Source of the DNA: a virus
Taxonomy: Duplodnaviria; Caudoviricetes
Length of the DNA: 56,058 bases
Virus record (IMG/VR): IMGVR_UViG_3300030102_004176
Span: 1 to 56,058 of that record
Reading direction: 5' to 3' (one strand)
Below are positions 36,745-45,841 of the stretch, piece by piece. Each line of letters begins with the position of its first letter. Within the stretch, counting starts at the first letter, position 1. Position numbers and translations under genes: made by a program. A model generated the notes under the pieces. It saw nothing but the letters and a program-made list of their open reading frames with translations, did no database searches and was not told the origin of the DNA.

Positions 36745-37656
36745 ATGGCTATTTCAAGATCACAACTGGTCAAAGAGCTAGAGCCTGGTTTAAATGCTCT
36801 CTTTGGCTTAGAATATAATCGTTACGAAAACGAACATGCAGAAATTTTCGTTGCAGAAGCATCGGATAGAGCTTTTGAAGAAGAAGTAATGCTAAGCGGT
36901 TTCGGTAGTGCTCCAGTAAAAGAAGAAGGTTCGGGCGTCGCATTTGACCAAGCAACTGAATCTTTCACTGCGAGATACACTCACGAAACAATCGCAATGG
37001 CATTTGCTATCACTGAAGAAGCAATTGAAGATAATCTGTACGACAGATTAGCTGCTAGATACACAAGAGCACTTGCTCGTTCAATGGCTAACACTAAACA
37101 AGTAAAAGCTGCAAACGTACTTAACAATGCGTTTAATTCTAACTTTGCTGGTGGTGATGGTGTTGAACTATGTTCGACTGCTCATCCAATCGCTACTGGT
37201 GGTACGTTCGCAAATGAACTATCAACAGCTGCCGATTTATCTGAAACATCACTAGAGCAGTCTCTAATTGATATTGCTGCTTTCGTTGATGAAAGAGGAC
37301 TTAAAATTGCAATGCAAGGTGTTAAACTGATCATTCCAAAAGAACTTCAGTTTACTGCTGAGAGAATTTTAAGATCACCTCAGAGAGTTGGTACTGCTGA
37401 TAATGACATCAATGCTATGGCTTCTATGGGTATGATCCCACAAGGTTATAGAGTTAATCATTATCTAACAGATACTGATGCTTTCTTCATCATGACTGAT
37501 GCTCCAAACGGAATGAAACAATTCGTAAGAGCACCAATTAAAACTGCAATCGAAGGTGACTTTGATACTGGTAACGTCAGATTTAAAGCAAGAGAAAGAT
37601 ATTCTTTTGGTTTCTCTGACCCTAGAGGTATTTTTGGTTCACCTGGAGCTGCATAG
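36745..37656 (+). CDS. major capsid protein (Mu gpT-like family)
   Basis: MAISRSQLVKELEPGLNALFG...FKARERYSFG.SDPRG; followed by a strong terminator. Confidence 0.88.
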   Translation: MAISRSQLVKELEPGLNALFGLEYNRYENEHAEIFVAEASDRAFEEEVMLSGFGSAPVKEEGSGVAFDQATESFTARYTHETIAMAFAITEEAIEDNLYDRLAARYTRALARSMANTKQVKAANVLNNAFNSNFAGGDGVELCSTAHPIATGGTFANELSTAADLSETSLEQSLIDIAAFVDERGLKIAMQGVKLIIPKELQFTAERILRSPQRVGTADNDINAMASMGMIPQGYRVNHYLTDTDAFFIMTDAPNGMKQFVRAPIKTAIEGDFDTGNVRFKARERYSFGFSDPRGIFGSPGAA

Positions 37657-37680
37657 TTTCAGTGGTGAAATAAATTAAAG

Positions 37681-37709
37681 AAGGGGACTTACGAGTCCCC
37701 TTTTTTTTT
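37681..37709 (+). terminator. rho-independent terminator
   Basis: GGGGACT-tacg-AGTCCCC followed by T9. Confidence 0.9.
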
Positions 37710-37719
37710 GTATAATATA

Positions 37720-37795
37720 AAAACCAAGATTATATAAACTAGATATAGACTGACTTGGCAGACACCCTAGAGGACTATATCTTTTAACTAGGAAA
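37720..37795 (+). ncRNA. structured RNA, probable Mu-gpT-DE motif
   Basis: Located after the capsid terminator and a TATAAT. Crossing stems CCAAG/CTTGG and AGATATAG/CTATATCT around a GACTGAC..GCAGAC core. Confidence 0.55.
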
Positions 37796-37801
37796 AAAAT
37801 T

Positions 37802-38281
37802 ATGGCAAACACAACTTTTTCAGGTCCAGTTCGTTCAGAAAATGGATTTAAAAATATAATTAAAAACAGTATTGGCACAGTCACAAGTGACATGGGTTTA
37901 TCTGTTTACAGCACTTCAATTGCAATTGCTGCCACAGGCACAGATCACAAAGAAACATCAATTGGTATTCCATCTAATTTTATACCAATGGGTGTGGCAG
38001 TAACAGTTACAAGTGCGGCAGCAAACGCAGTTAACTTAGTTGACATAGGCACAGAGGCTGATGACGATGGTTTCGTTGATGGTATTTCTGCTGCAATAAA
38101 TAGCACAGGCTTCAAAGGGTTCTTCCCTTGCAATGGTGTGTTAGGAATGTCAGGTGGAGCAACTACTGCTGCAACTGAAACAGCAGACGAAGTACAAGTC
38201 GTAGTATCTGGAACTGCTGGTGCAGGTGGTGTTGTAGCACTTAAGTTTTTTGGTTTATCCTCTGATTCACCAACTACTTAA
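37802..38281 (+). CDS. virion structural protein (putative)
   Basis: Starts MANTTFSGPVRS; Ala/Gly/Thr-rich. Confidence 0.7.
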   Translation: MANTTFSGPVRSENGFKNIIKNSIGTVTSDMGLSVYSTSIAIAATGTDHKETSIGIPSNFIPMGVAVTVTSAAANAVNLVDIGTEADDDGFVDGISAAINSTGFKGFFPCNGVLGMSGGATTAATETADEVQVVVSGTAGAGGVVALKFFGLSSDSPTT

Positions 38282-38293
38282 TAGGAGAAAAAT

Positions 38294-38602
38294 ATGAACT
38301 CTGATGTAGGTGCAAAAACATTAACATCAACAGGTACGATTCAATCTGGCAGAACTAGATTGCTATCAATATATTATGTTGGTCATGCTTCAGCAGGTAC
38401 TCTTACATTTAAAGATGGAGGAGGTAGTGGTACACAAAAATTAGTTATTACAACACCAGCTAGTAGTGCAGCAGATCAATATCAAATTGATATACCTCTT
38501 GATGGCATTGTTTTTAAAACAGATATGCATTTAACAATTTCCAATGTTACGTCAGTAACTGTGTTTGTAACACCAGTCACTGCTGATACTGACAATGGAT
38601 AA
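38294..38602 (+). CDS. small virion structural protein (putative)
   Basis: RBS AGGAGA; beta-rich composition. Confidence 0.7.
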   Translation: MNSDVGAKTLTSTGTIQSGRTRLLSIYYVGHASAGTLTFKDGGGSGTQKLVITTPASSAADQYQIDIPLDGIVFKTDMHLTISNVTSVTVFVTPVTADTDNG

Positions 38603-38915
38603 TAGTTACTATGATGATTTAGACCTTTTTGGTTTAGCGAAAGGTGGTATGCCTGCTCGTAATAAAAAAAACTATAGGTCTACAAAATCAGGTGCGGGAA
38701 TGACTGAAGCTGGGGTGAAAGCGTATAGACGTTTAAACCCTGGCTCTAAGTTAAAAACTGCTGTTACTGGAAAAGTTAAAAAGGGCAGCAAAGCAGCTAA
38801 ACGCAGAAAATCATATTGTTCTAGAAGTAAGGGACAGATGAAAATGCATAATATTAATTGTCAAAAAACGCCAAACAAAAGAATTTGTCAGGCGAGAAGG
38901 AGATGGAAATGTTAG
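38595..38915 (+). CDS. basic conserved phage protein
   Basis: GMTEAGVKAYRRLNPGSKLKTAV...RRKSYCSRS...RRRWKC. Confidence 0.75.
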   Translation: MDNSYYDDLDLFGLAKGGMPARNKKNYRSTKSGAGMTEAGVKAYRRLNPGSKLKTAVTGKVKKGSKAAKRRKSYCSRSKGQMKMHNINCQKTPNKRICQARRRWKC

Positions 38916-39022
38916 AGAAAATTAAATTTTATAAAGAAATGATAAAAGACTTGTATGTTACTAATAAAGACCTTATAGTAGTTGTGTTATGTGGTTTATT
39001 AGTGATGTCTTGGATGTTGTAG
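38909..39022 (+). CDS. 37-aa membrane peptide upstream of the endolysin
   Basis: RBS AGGAG; MLEKIKFYKEMIKDLYVTNKDLIVVVLCGLLVMSWML. Confidence 0.5.
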   Translation: MLEKIKFYKEMIKDLYVTNKDLIVVVLCGLLVMSWML

Positions 39023-39109
39023 CAACTTCAATCTTATTATTGGTATTTTTATTTTTTTTATCAATAGGGAGTGCTTGGACGATATTATCTTATCCAATCA
39101 ATAAATTAT

Positions 39110-39571
39110 ATGCAATTAACAGAAAACTTTTCACTCGCAGAGTTGACAAAATCGCAGACAGCGACTCGTCTAGGTTACGATAACAAACCTAATCAGATGC
39201 AAGTTTTAGCTCTGACTAAACTTTGTGAAAATGTTCTTCAACCTGTAAGAAATAAATTTGAAATGCCAGTGTTTATATCATCAGGATTTAGGTCAGCTCG
39301 TTTAAGTGAGGCAATTGGTTCTTCAAGTAAGTCTCAACACTGCAAAGGGGAGGCTGCCGATATAGAAATTTTTGGCGTAGATAACAAAATACTTGCTCGT
39401 TGGATTCATAATAATATTAAATATGACCAGCTAATATTAGAGTTTTATAAGGAGTCAGAAGGGCCAAATAGCGGATGGGTTCACGTTTCATACACTGACA
39501 ATTGTCGCAAACAATTTTTAAAAGCATATAAAGATGCGAAAGGAAAGACGAGGTATATACCATGGCAATAA
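39110..39571 (+). CDS. endolysin, peptidase M15A family
   Basis: NFSLAELTKS, SSGFRS, SQHCKGEAADI, WVHVSY (Zn ligands H, D, H). Confidence 0.88.
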   Translation: MQLTENFSLAELTKSQTATRLGYDNKPNQMQVLALTKLCENVLQPVRNKFEMPVFISSGFRSARLSEAIGSSSKSQHCKGEAADIEIFGVDNKILARWIHNNIKYDQLILEFYKESEGPNSGWVHVSYTDNCRKQFLKAYKDAKGKTRYIPWQ

Positions 39572-39660
39572 CAAGATCACAAATGAAAAAACAAATAGAA
39601 ACACCTCCTAGCAAAAAGAGAAAAATAGTGAGGGGTAGAAATAATTCTAAAAAAGGGTAG
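39562..39660 (+). CDS. 32-aa basic peptide with a capsid-like N-terminus
   Basis: MAITRSQMKKQIETPPSKKRKIVRGRNNSKKG; GAGGT upstream. Confidence 0.55.
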   Translation: MAITRSQMKKQIETPPSKKRKIVRGRNNSKKG

Positions 39661-39668
39661 AATTAATT

Positions 39669-40328
39669 ATGACAAAATTATGTGCTAGAGGCAAATCTGC
39701 TGCAAAAAGAAAATTTAAGGTATACCCAAGTGCTTATGCAAATGCATATGCATCGAAAATCTGTGCAGGTAAAATAAAAGATCCGAGCGGTGTAAAACGT
39801 AAAGATTTTAAAGGACCTAAGCCAGCCAAAAAAGGGGCAATGATAAAAGCAAGTGAGGGTAAAGATATAGAAAAAAAAAATAAAGTAAGTCTAGCAAATA
39901 AATTACCAACTAATGTAAAAAAGAAAAAATTAGGTTTTTTAGGAAAAAGAATTGGCGCCGTAGGAGTTGTAGCTACAGTCGGCAGTATGTTAAAAAATTT
40001 AGGAGAAAAAGCTTACACAGCACAAAAAGCTGGTCAGTATAGAAAAGAAAAAAAACCAACAGCTACTTTTCAAAAAAGAAGTACAAAAAAACAACAAATA
40101 AGAGATCAAAAATCTGAAAGATTTATAAAAGATGGCAATACATCTACATCTCGTATTTTAGGTGATGAAGCCCAAAAAAGTAACTCGTCCGACAGTTATG
40201 AGTTTAGTAAGGGTGGCTTTAATAAAGTTAGTAATCACGAAGTTATGGGTTCACAATTAGTAGGTGAGATTGATGGACAGCCCGTGTCTGCTAAAGGGTC
40301 TTTAAAATATTACGAAGATTTATTATAA
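39669..40328 (+). CDS. basic conserved phage protein
   Basis: N-terminus KLCARGKSAAKRKFKVYPSAYANAYASKIC. Confidence 0.75.
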   Translation: MTKLCARGKSAAKRKFKVYPSAYANAYASKICAGKIKDPSGVKRKDFKGPKPAKKGAMIKASEGKDIEKKNKVSLANKLPTNVKKKKLGFLGKRIGAVGVVATVGSMLKNLGEKAYTAQKAGQYRKEKKPTATFQKRSTKKQQIRDQKSERFIKDGNTSTSRILGDEAQKSNSSDSYEFSKGGFNKVSNHEVMGSQLVGEIDGQPVSAKGSLKYYEDLL

Positions 40329-40330
40329 TA

Positions 40331-40627
40331 ATGGCCAAGAGTGGTTTAAAAAAATGGTTTTCTGAAAAATGGGTGGACATTGGTTCAAAAAAAGCTGATG
40401 GTTCATATGCTAAATGTGGTCGTAGTAAACTAAAAGCCGACAAGAAAAGAAAATATCCTAAATGTGTACCACTAGCTAAAGCGAGAAGAATGTCTGAATC
40501 GCAAAGACGAAGTGCGGTAAAACGAAAAAGAGCAAAAGCTCAAGGAGTGGGTGGTAAACCCACAAATGTAAAAACCTTTGCAAGTAAGGGTATGTTGATT
40601 GAAACTTATTATCAAGATATACTGTAA
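40331..40627 (+). CDS. basic conserved phage protein
   Basis: GLKKWFSEKWVDIG...YPKCVP. Confidence 0.75.
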   Translation: MAKSGLKKWFSEKWVDIGSKKADGSYAKCGRSKLKADKKRKYPKCVPLAKARRMSESQRRSAVKRKRAKAQGVGGKPTNVKTFASKGMLIETYYQDIL

Positions 40628-40641
40628 TTTAAGGAGTTGTT

Positions 40642-40848
40642 ATGAAAAATAAAAACAAAGATAAATTTTTAGTGGGTGGCCAAGCTAAAATAGATAAGAA
40701 TAAAAATGATAGAATTGACGCTGAAGACTTTAAAATATTAAGAGAAGAAAATAATATGAAAGATGGTGGCGTAACAAGTGCTATTAGAAAAATTAGAGGT
40801 ATAGGTATGGCAAAAGGTGGATTTAAAAAGAAAACACCAATTTATTAG
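40642..40848 (+). CDS. small protein with an EF-hand-like loop
   Basis: RBS AAGGAG; DKNKNDRIDAED loop; upstream TTGATT-17-TATACT. Confidence 0.7.
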   Translation: MKNKNKDKFLVGGQAKIDKNKNDRIDAEDFKILREENNMKDGGVTSAIRKIRGIGMAKGGFKKKTPIY

Positions 40849-40856
40849 GATGAATT

Positions 40857-41546
40857 ATGGCCACATCAGGAACAACTTCATTTGATCTCAATATTGATGA
40901 TATCATTCAGGAAGCATACGAACGTTGTGCGGCAAGAACTAACAGTGGGTATGACTTAAAATCGGCAAGGCGAAGTTTAAATATTCTTTTCAGCGAATGG
41001 GGAAACCGAGGTGTTCATTTATGGAAGGTCGCCCTCCAAGAGCAGCTACTGACAAACGGGACAGCGACATACACAGCACCGAGCAATGCGAACGACATAC
41101 TAGAAGCGTACATAAGCACAACTACGGGTCAATCTACCACTACCAACGATGTTTCGCTAACAAAGATTAGTAGAAGTGAATATGCAGCACTTCCTAATAA
41201 AGGTTCAAAAGGACAACCAAGTCAGTATTATGTGGATAGACAAACAACACCAACAATAACTCTTTATCAGACACCTGATGCTGCAACATATACTTATCTA
41301 AAATATTATTATTTAAAAAGAATTGAAGACGCAGGAGCTTACACAAATACAGCAGATGTTGTTTTTAGATTTATACCTTGTATGGTTGCAGGTCTAGCTT
41401 ATTATTTGTCAATGAAGTATAATCCAGCTATGACACAACAAAATAAACTTATATATGAAGATGAACTCTCAAGAGCATTAAACGAAGATGGTCAAAGAAC
41501 ATCGGTGTATATTACACCACAAACTTATTATCCAAGGGGGTTTTAA
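40857..41546 (+). CDS. head-tail adaptor/connector protein (putative)
   Basis: IIQEAYER, ARRSLN.LF.EWGNRG, GQPSQYY, RFIPCMVAGLAYY. Confidence 0.7.
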   Translation: MATSGTTSFDLNIDDIIQEAYERCAARTNSGYDLKSARRSLNILFSEWGNRGVHLWKVALQEQLLTNGTATYTAPSNANDILEAYISTTTGQSTTTNDVSLTKISRSEYAALPNKGSKGQPSQYYVDRQTTPTITLYQTPDAATYTYLKYYYLKRIEDAGAYTNTADVVFRFIPCMVAGLAYYLSMKYNPAMTQQNKLIYEDELSRALNEDGQRTSVYITPQTYYPRGF

Positions 41547-42509
41547 ATGAAAGGTATGAAAATACATAAAAGAAGTGAAGGTGGTTATCTATCACAGTTG
41601 GAAAAAACTCGTCCAGAATTATTTAAAACAATAAACCAATATAGAACGAGATTAGCTGGTTTAGAGGGTGGAGAAGATTTACAAAAAACTTTTGACAAGA
41701 GAGCAAATATACAATTACAAGCCACTAGAAACATGGCAGCACCAGAAAGAGATGCTTACATCGCTGATGTTGAGAAACAGTTTGCTCAAGCAACCGATAA
41801 ACAATTTGATAGTTTAGTAGAAGATCTTAAAAGCGAAAAAAGATTTGTTCCAACATATAGATTTGCTGCTGATCAAACTTCTTTCGGACCTACAACAGGA
41901 TATTACAGAAATCTTCAAAAGGAAATTGATGAAAAGCAAAAATTCTTAGACGAGTTGCAGTTTACTGGAACAAAAACTAGACTAGTACCTCAATATGAAA
42001 TGACAATTCCTGATCCTAGAGGGGCAATAGCTGGTGGAACAAAACCCCAAACTAAAATGACAACTGAGTTACCTAAAGGAGCTCAATTAACAACGGGACA
42101 ATACGGACGACAATTTTATCAGGTACCATTTCAACCCACACAAACGGGTCAAACAAATATGAATCCTACATACAGACGGGTAGGTAGTAAGCAAATTACA
42201 GAAAAATTTACGAGACAAGCTAAAGCGGGAGACCCAGAATACGATAAAGCTTTTTCAGAATTAGGTAGACTACAAACACGACATAAATTTAGAAATATAT
42301 ATGGAAACGAACCCACAAGGTCTACAGGCACAAGTATATACTCAAAACTGGGAATGAATCAAAACTCTCCACAAGCAGCTTCGCCCACTACGTCTTTCAC
42401 AAATCCTTATGCTTCACTTGCAGGATCACCTATGCAAGTTAAAGAAGGTGGGGAGATAAAAGGTAAAGGTAAGGCTGTTAGAGGTTTCAAATTTGGTGGA
42501 GTTAAATAA
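41547..42509 (+). CDS. hypothetical protein
   Basis: 320 aa ORF in the structural operon, with GG motifs at both ends. Confidence 0.7.
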   Translation: MKGMKIHKRSEGGYLSQLEKTRPELFKTINQYRTRLAGLEGGEDLQKTFDKRANIQLQATRNMAAPERDAYIADVEKQFAQATDKQFDSLVEDLKSEKRFVPTYRFAADQTSFGPTTGYYRNLQKEIDEKQKFLDELQFTGTKTRLVPQYEMTIPDPRGAIAGGTKPQTKMTTELPKGAQLTTGQYGRQFYQVPFQPTQTGQTNMNPTYRRVGSKQITEKFTRQAKAGDPEYDKAFSELGRLQTRHKFRNIYGNEPTRSTGTSIYSKLGMNQNSPQAASPTTSFTNPYASLAGSPMQVKEGGEIKGKGKAVRGFKFGGVK

Positions 42510-43201
42510 TGGGTTATGCACGAGGTAAATATGCTCAGGCAATTTCAGACCGCTCTGGCATAGCTTTTCCATACAATGAAATGGTCAAAGAATGGAATGG
42601 TTCTTTTGTTCATAAATCTGAATTTGAAGCAAAACATCCTCAGATAAGAAGAAAACATATTAAAGCTGATGCAATAGCATTAGCAAACGCTAGACCAAGA
42701 ACTCCTGATAATACAGGTGATTTTGTTTTATATATAACTAATGGTTTGCTTACAAACCCTGGTATGAGACCTACTGATGGTCAAGGCATTTTAGGCACAG
42801 AACTTACAAGCTATAGTGCAATAATGTCATTAGGGACTGTTAGTATTGTAAGCACAGATACTTTAACAACACTGACCACAACTGTTGCGAATGTAAGTGG
42901 CAGCAACTACTATTTTATAGATGGTGTTCAACAAGCAACTTTATCTTTCACTAGGGGTCAAACTTATAAATTTGATCAGTCAGCAGGCACAAATGACAAC
43001 CATCCATTAAGGCTTTCGACTATAAGTAACGGAACACACGCTGGAGGTTCACCATACACAACAGGGGTAACTACAAGTGGAGTGCCAGGCACGTCAGGTG
43101 CTTATACTCAAATAACTGTAGCAGGTGATGCACCAGATACTTTATATTATTATTGTTCAAATCATTCAGGTATGGGTGGTACAATAAATATATCAGGATA
43201 A
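42509..43201 (+). CDS. virion protein with C-terminal cupredoxin-like domain
   Basis: N-terminal AISDRSG..FPY..M..EWNG; C-terminal NHPLR...TLYYYCSNHSGMGG. Confidence 0.7.
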   Translation: MGYARGKYAQAISDRSGIAFPYNEMVKEWNGSFVHKSEFEAKHPQIRRKHIKADAIALANARPRTPDNTGDFVLYITNGLLTNPGMRPTDGQGILGTELTSYSAIMSLGTVSIVSTDTLTTLTTTVANVSGSNYYFIDGVQQATLSFTRGQTYKFDQSAGTNDNHPLRLSTISNGTHAGGSPYTTGVTTSGVPGTSGAYTQITVAGDAPDTLYYYCSNHSGMGGTINISG

Positions 43202-43204
43202 TCT

Positions 43205-43855
43205 ATGTCAATAACTCATTCAAATTTTTTAACACAAGTACGTAATTACACAGAGGTTGATTCAAATGTTTTAACGGATAATCTTTTAGATGAGTTTATA
43301 AGACATGTTGAGGTTGATATTGCAGGTAAAGTCGATTATGACGATTTAAGAAAATACTCAACATCTAATACGATTACTTCACAGAGATATCTTACAATGC
43401 CCTCTGATTTAATTTATCTAAGGTCTGTGCAGATAACTAATTCTGGAGTGCGAACTTTTTTAGAAAAAAGAGATACAAGTTTTATATCAGAATATAATTC
43501 ATCAGATGCAACAGGAGTTCCTAAATATTACGCTAATTGGGACGACCTTACGATAGTAATAGCTCCTGTACCTAATGCTGAATACACAGTACAAATTAAT
43601 TATATAATAGACCCACCACATTTTGATTCAGCTAATAATACTTATTTATCGACTTATCAAGAAGCTATGTTACTTAATGGTGTTTTAACTGAATGTTTCA
43701 GGTATTTAAAAGGACCAGCTGAACTATACAAAGTGTATTTTGATAAGTATAATGAAGATGTTCAATCATTTGCTTTACAGCAAATGGGACAACGTAGAAG
43801 AGGACAGTATGAGGAGGGTGTTCCAAGAATACCCATACAGTCACCTTCGCCTTAA
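43205..43855 (+). CDS. head-tail adaptor/tail tubular protein (putative)
   Basis: FLEKRDTSFISEY, GVPKYYANWD, IAPVP, YLKGP. Confidence 0.7.
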   Translation: MSITHSNFLTQVRNYTEVDSNVLTDNLLDEFIRHVEVDIAGKVDYDDLRKYSTSNTITSQRYLTMPSDLIYLRSVQITNSGVRTFLEKRDTSFISEYNSSDATGVPKYYANWDDLTIVIAPVPNAEYTVQINYIIDPPHFDSANNTYLSTYQEAMLLNGVLTECFRYLKGPAELYKVYFDKYNEDVQSFALQQMGQRRRGQYEEGVPRIPIQSPSP

Positions 43856-43872
43856 TTTTATGGAGTAATAAT

Positions 43873-44310
43873 ATGGCTATAACAACAAGTGTATTAACAA
43901 ATTCGTTCAAAAAAGAATTGCTTGAAGGAACACATAACTTCAAACAAACCGGGGGAAACACTTTTAAATTATCTTTATACACCAATTCTGCTGTTCTTGG
44001 TAAGTCAACCACTAGTTATACAACAGATGGTGAGATATCGGCTACTGGTCAGTATGTTGCTAGTGGTAAAGCTTTAGTTAATGGGGGAACATCAGTTGCT
44101 ACTGATACAGCAATAGTCGATTTTGCTGATAGATCTTACACTGGTGTAACTTTAACTGCAAGAGGAGCTTTAATTTATAATGATACTGCATCAGGAGATC
44201 CTGCTGTAGCAGTTTTAGATTTTGGGTCTGATAAAACAGCAACTTCTGGAACTTTTACTATTCAGTTTCCTGCGTTTACTACATCAGCTGCAATTATAAG
44301 AATTAGCTAG
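43873..44310 (+). CDS. tail structural protein (putative)
   Basis: NSFKKELLEGTHNF, TARGALIYN, VLDFGSDK. Confidence 0.7.
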   Translation: MAITTSVLTNSFKKELLEGTHNFKQTGGNTFKLSLYTNSAVLGKSTTSYTTDGEISATGQYVASGKALVNGGTSVATDTAIVDFADRSYTGVTLTARGALIYNDTASGDPAVAVLDFGSDKTATSGTFTIQFPAFTTSAAIIRIS

Positions 44311-44316
44311 GTTAAA

Positions 44317-44757
44317 ATGTCTAGCACTTGGGGTTCTTATACTTGGGGACAAGGTAATTGGGGAGAAAACGCTGATTCCGATATAGCGTTAAGTGGTTTT
44401 ACACTTACATCAGCAGTTGGTGGTGTTCAACAAGCTAATGTAGGAGAAGCTACAGGTATTGTTTTAACCTCCTCTATAGGCACATCTTCAATTACAGGTG
44501 ATGCAAATGTTGCACTTACTGGGCTAAGTAGCACTTTAACTTTTGGATCTTTTTCAGCAACCCCCGGACAAGAAGTGGCATTAACTGGATTAAGTTTAAG
44601 TATTACACTGGGAGATGCAGATGATGTAATAAGTTCTCCAATAATAGTAACAGGTTTTAATTTAACAAGCGGTATAGGAAGTGTTGCTGTAACGGGTTGG
44701 GCAGAAGTTAACAGAGGTTCAACTTCAACTTGGACAGAGGTTGATAAAGCTGCGTAA
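44317..44757 (+). CDS. tail-associated protein (putative)
   Basis: WG-repeat N-terminus and Thr/Gly/Ser beta repeats. Confidence 0.65.
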   Translation: MSSTWGSYTWGQGNWGENADSDIALSGFTLTSAVGGVQQANVGEATGIVLTSSIGTSSITGDANVALTGLSSTLTFGSFSATPGQEVALTGLSLSITLGDADDVISSPIIVTGFNLTSGIGSVAVTGWAEVNRGSTSTWTEVDKAA

Positions 44758-44769
44758 GTCGCTTATAAT
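44741..44769 (+). promoter_or_regulatory. sigma70-like promoter
   Basis: TTGATA-17-TATAAT. Confidence 0.6.
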
Positions 44770-44786
44770 ACATTTAAAGGATAATT

Positions 44787-45833
44787 ATGGTTTCATACAC
44801 AAACAGTTTAGGAATTGAACTTCAAGTTACAGGCACTAATTCAGGAACTTGGGGTACAAAAACAAATAACAATTTTGAATTATTTGAACAAGCTATTGCT
44901 GGTTATCAAGATGTTTCAATTGCAGGTGGTGCACAAACTACTGCATTACAAATGTCTGATGCAACAATATCTAATGCTCGAAATGCAGTTATAAAATTAT
45001 CAGGAACAATAACAGGTAACCAAATTGTAACTATTCCAAATAGTATTGAAAAAGTCTACATAATATCAAACGAAACTTCAGGTGCACATACAGTTCAATT
45101 TAAAACTGTGAGTGGCACTGGATACACTTTTGCAGCAGCCGATAAAACAAAAAGAGTTTTATATTCAGACGGAACAAATATTGTTGATACAGGAATTGTC
45201 ACAACGGCATCAACGGACACTTTATCTAACAAAACATTTTCGGGCACAATTACAAATTCAGGAACGATTGTTGGTGGTGGTGTTAGTGCTGTAACTTTAA
45301 CTAAGCCTAAATTTGCAGATGCTGGTTTTATTGCTGATTCAAATGGAAACGAACAAATAATATTTCAAGAAACAGCCAGTGCTGTAAATGAATTGGAAAT
45401 CACAAACGCAGCTACAGGTAATGATGTAGGACTTGCCGTTAGTGGTGGTGATACAAATGTAGGTTTAGCTTTTACTGCTAAAGGTAATGGTAAGTTTAAA
45501 TTTAACGATGCGGCTTATTTTCCAGAAGCCACATTAACAGATGGTGCAACAATAAATTGGGATGTGCAAGCAACACCAGTTGCAAAGGTAACTTTAGGTG
45601 GAAATAGAACTTTTGCTGCACCTACAAATGGTTCAACAGGACAGTTTGTATCGCTTTTAATAGTCCAGGGGTCAGGACCCTTCAACCCTACCTTTAATGC
45701 GATATTTGAATTTACTGGAGATACGGCTCCGACTTTGACGCAAACTGCGGGTCAAGGTGATATTTTTATATTTTATTATAATGGTTCGAAGTTTTTAGAA
45801 GTAGGAAGAAATTTAAATTTAACACTAAGTTAG
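44787..45833 (+). CDS. tail fiber protein (putative)
   Basis: GTNSGTWGTKTNNNF N-terminal anchor motif; Thr/Gly-rich; C-terminal TLTDGATINWD domain. Confidence 0.7.
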   Translation: MVSYTNSLGIELQVTGTNSGTWGTKTNNNFELFEQAIAGYQDVSIAGGAQTTALQMSDATISNARNAVIKLSGTITGNQIVTIPNSIEKVYIISNETSGAHTVQFKTVSGTGYTFAAADKTKRVLYSDGTNIVDTGIVTTASTDTLSNKTFSGTITNSGTIVGGGVSAVTLTKPKFADAGFIADSNGNEQIIFQETASAVNELEITNAATGNDVGLAVSGGDTNVGLAFTAKGNGKFKFNDAAYFPEATLTDGATINWDVQATPVAKVTLGGNRTFAAPTNGSTGQFVSLLIVQGSGPFNPTFNAIFEFTGDTAPTLTQTAGQGDIFIFYYNGSKFLEVGRNLNLTLS

Positions 45834-45841
45834 GATAGTAT

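Noticed and set aside
38989-39183. Possible holin/spanin ORF before the endolysin
   Set aside because: It overlaps both neighbours, the start is unclear, and there is no lipobox.
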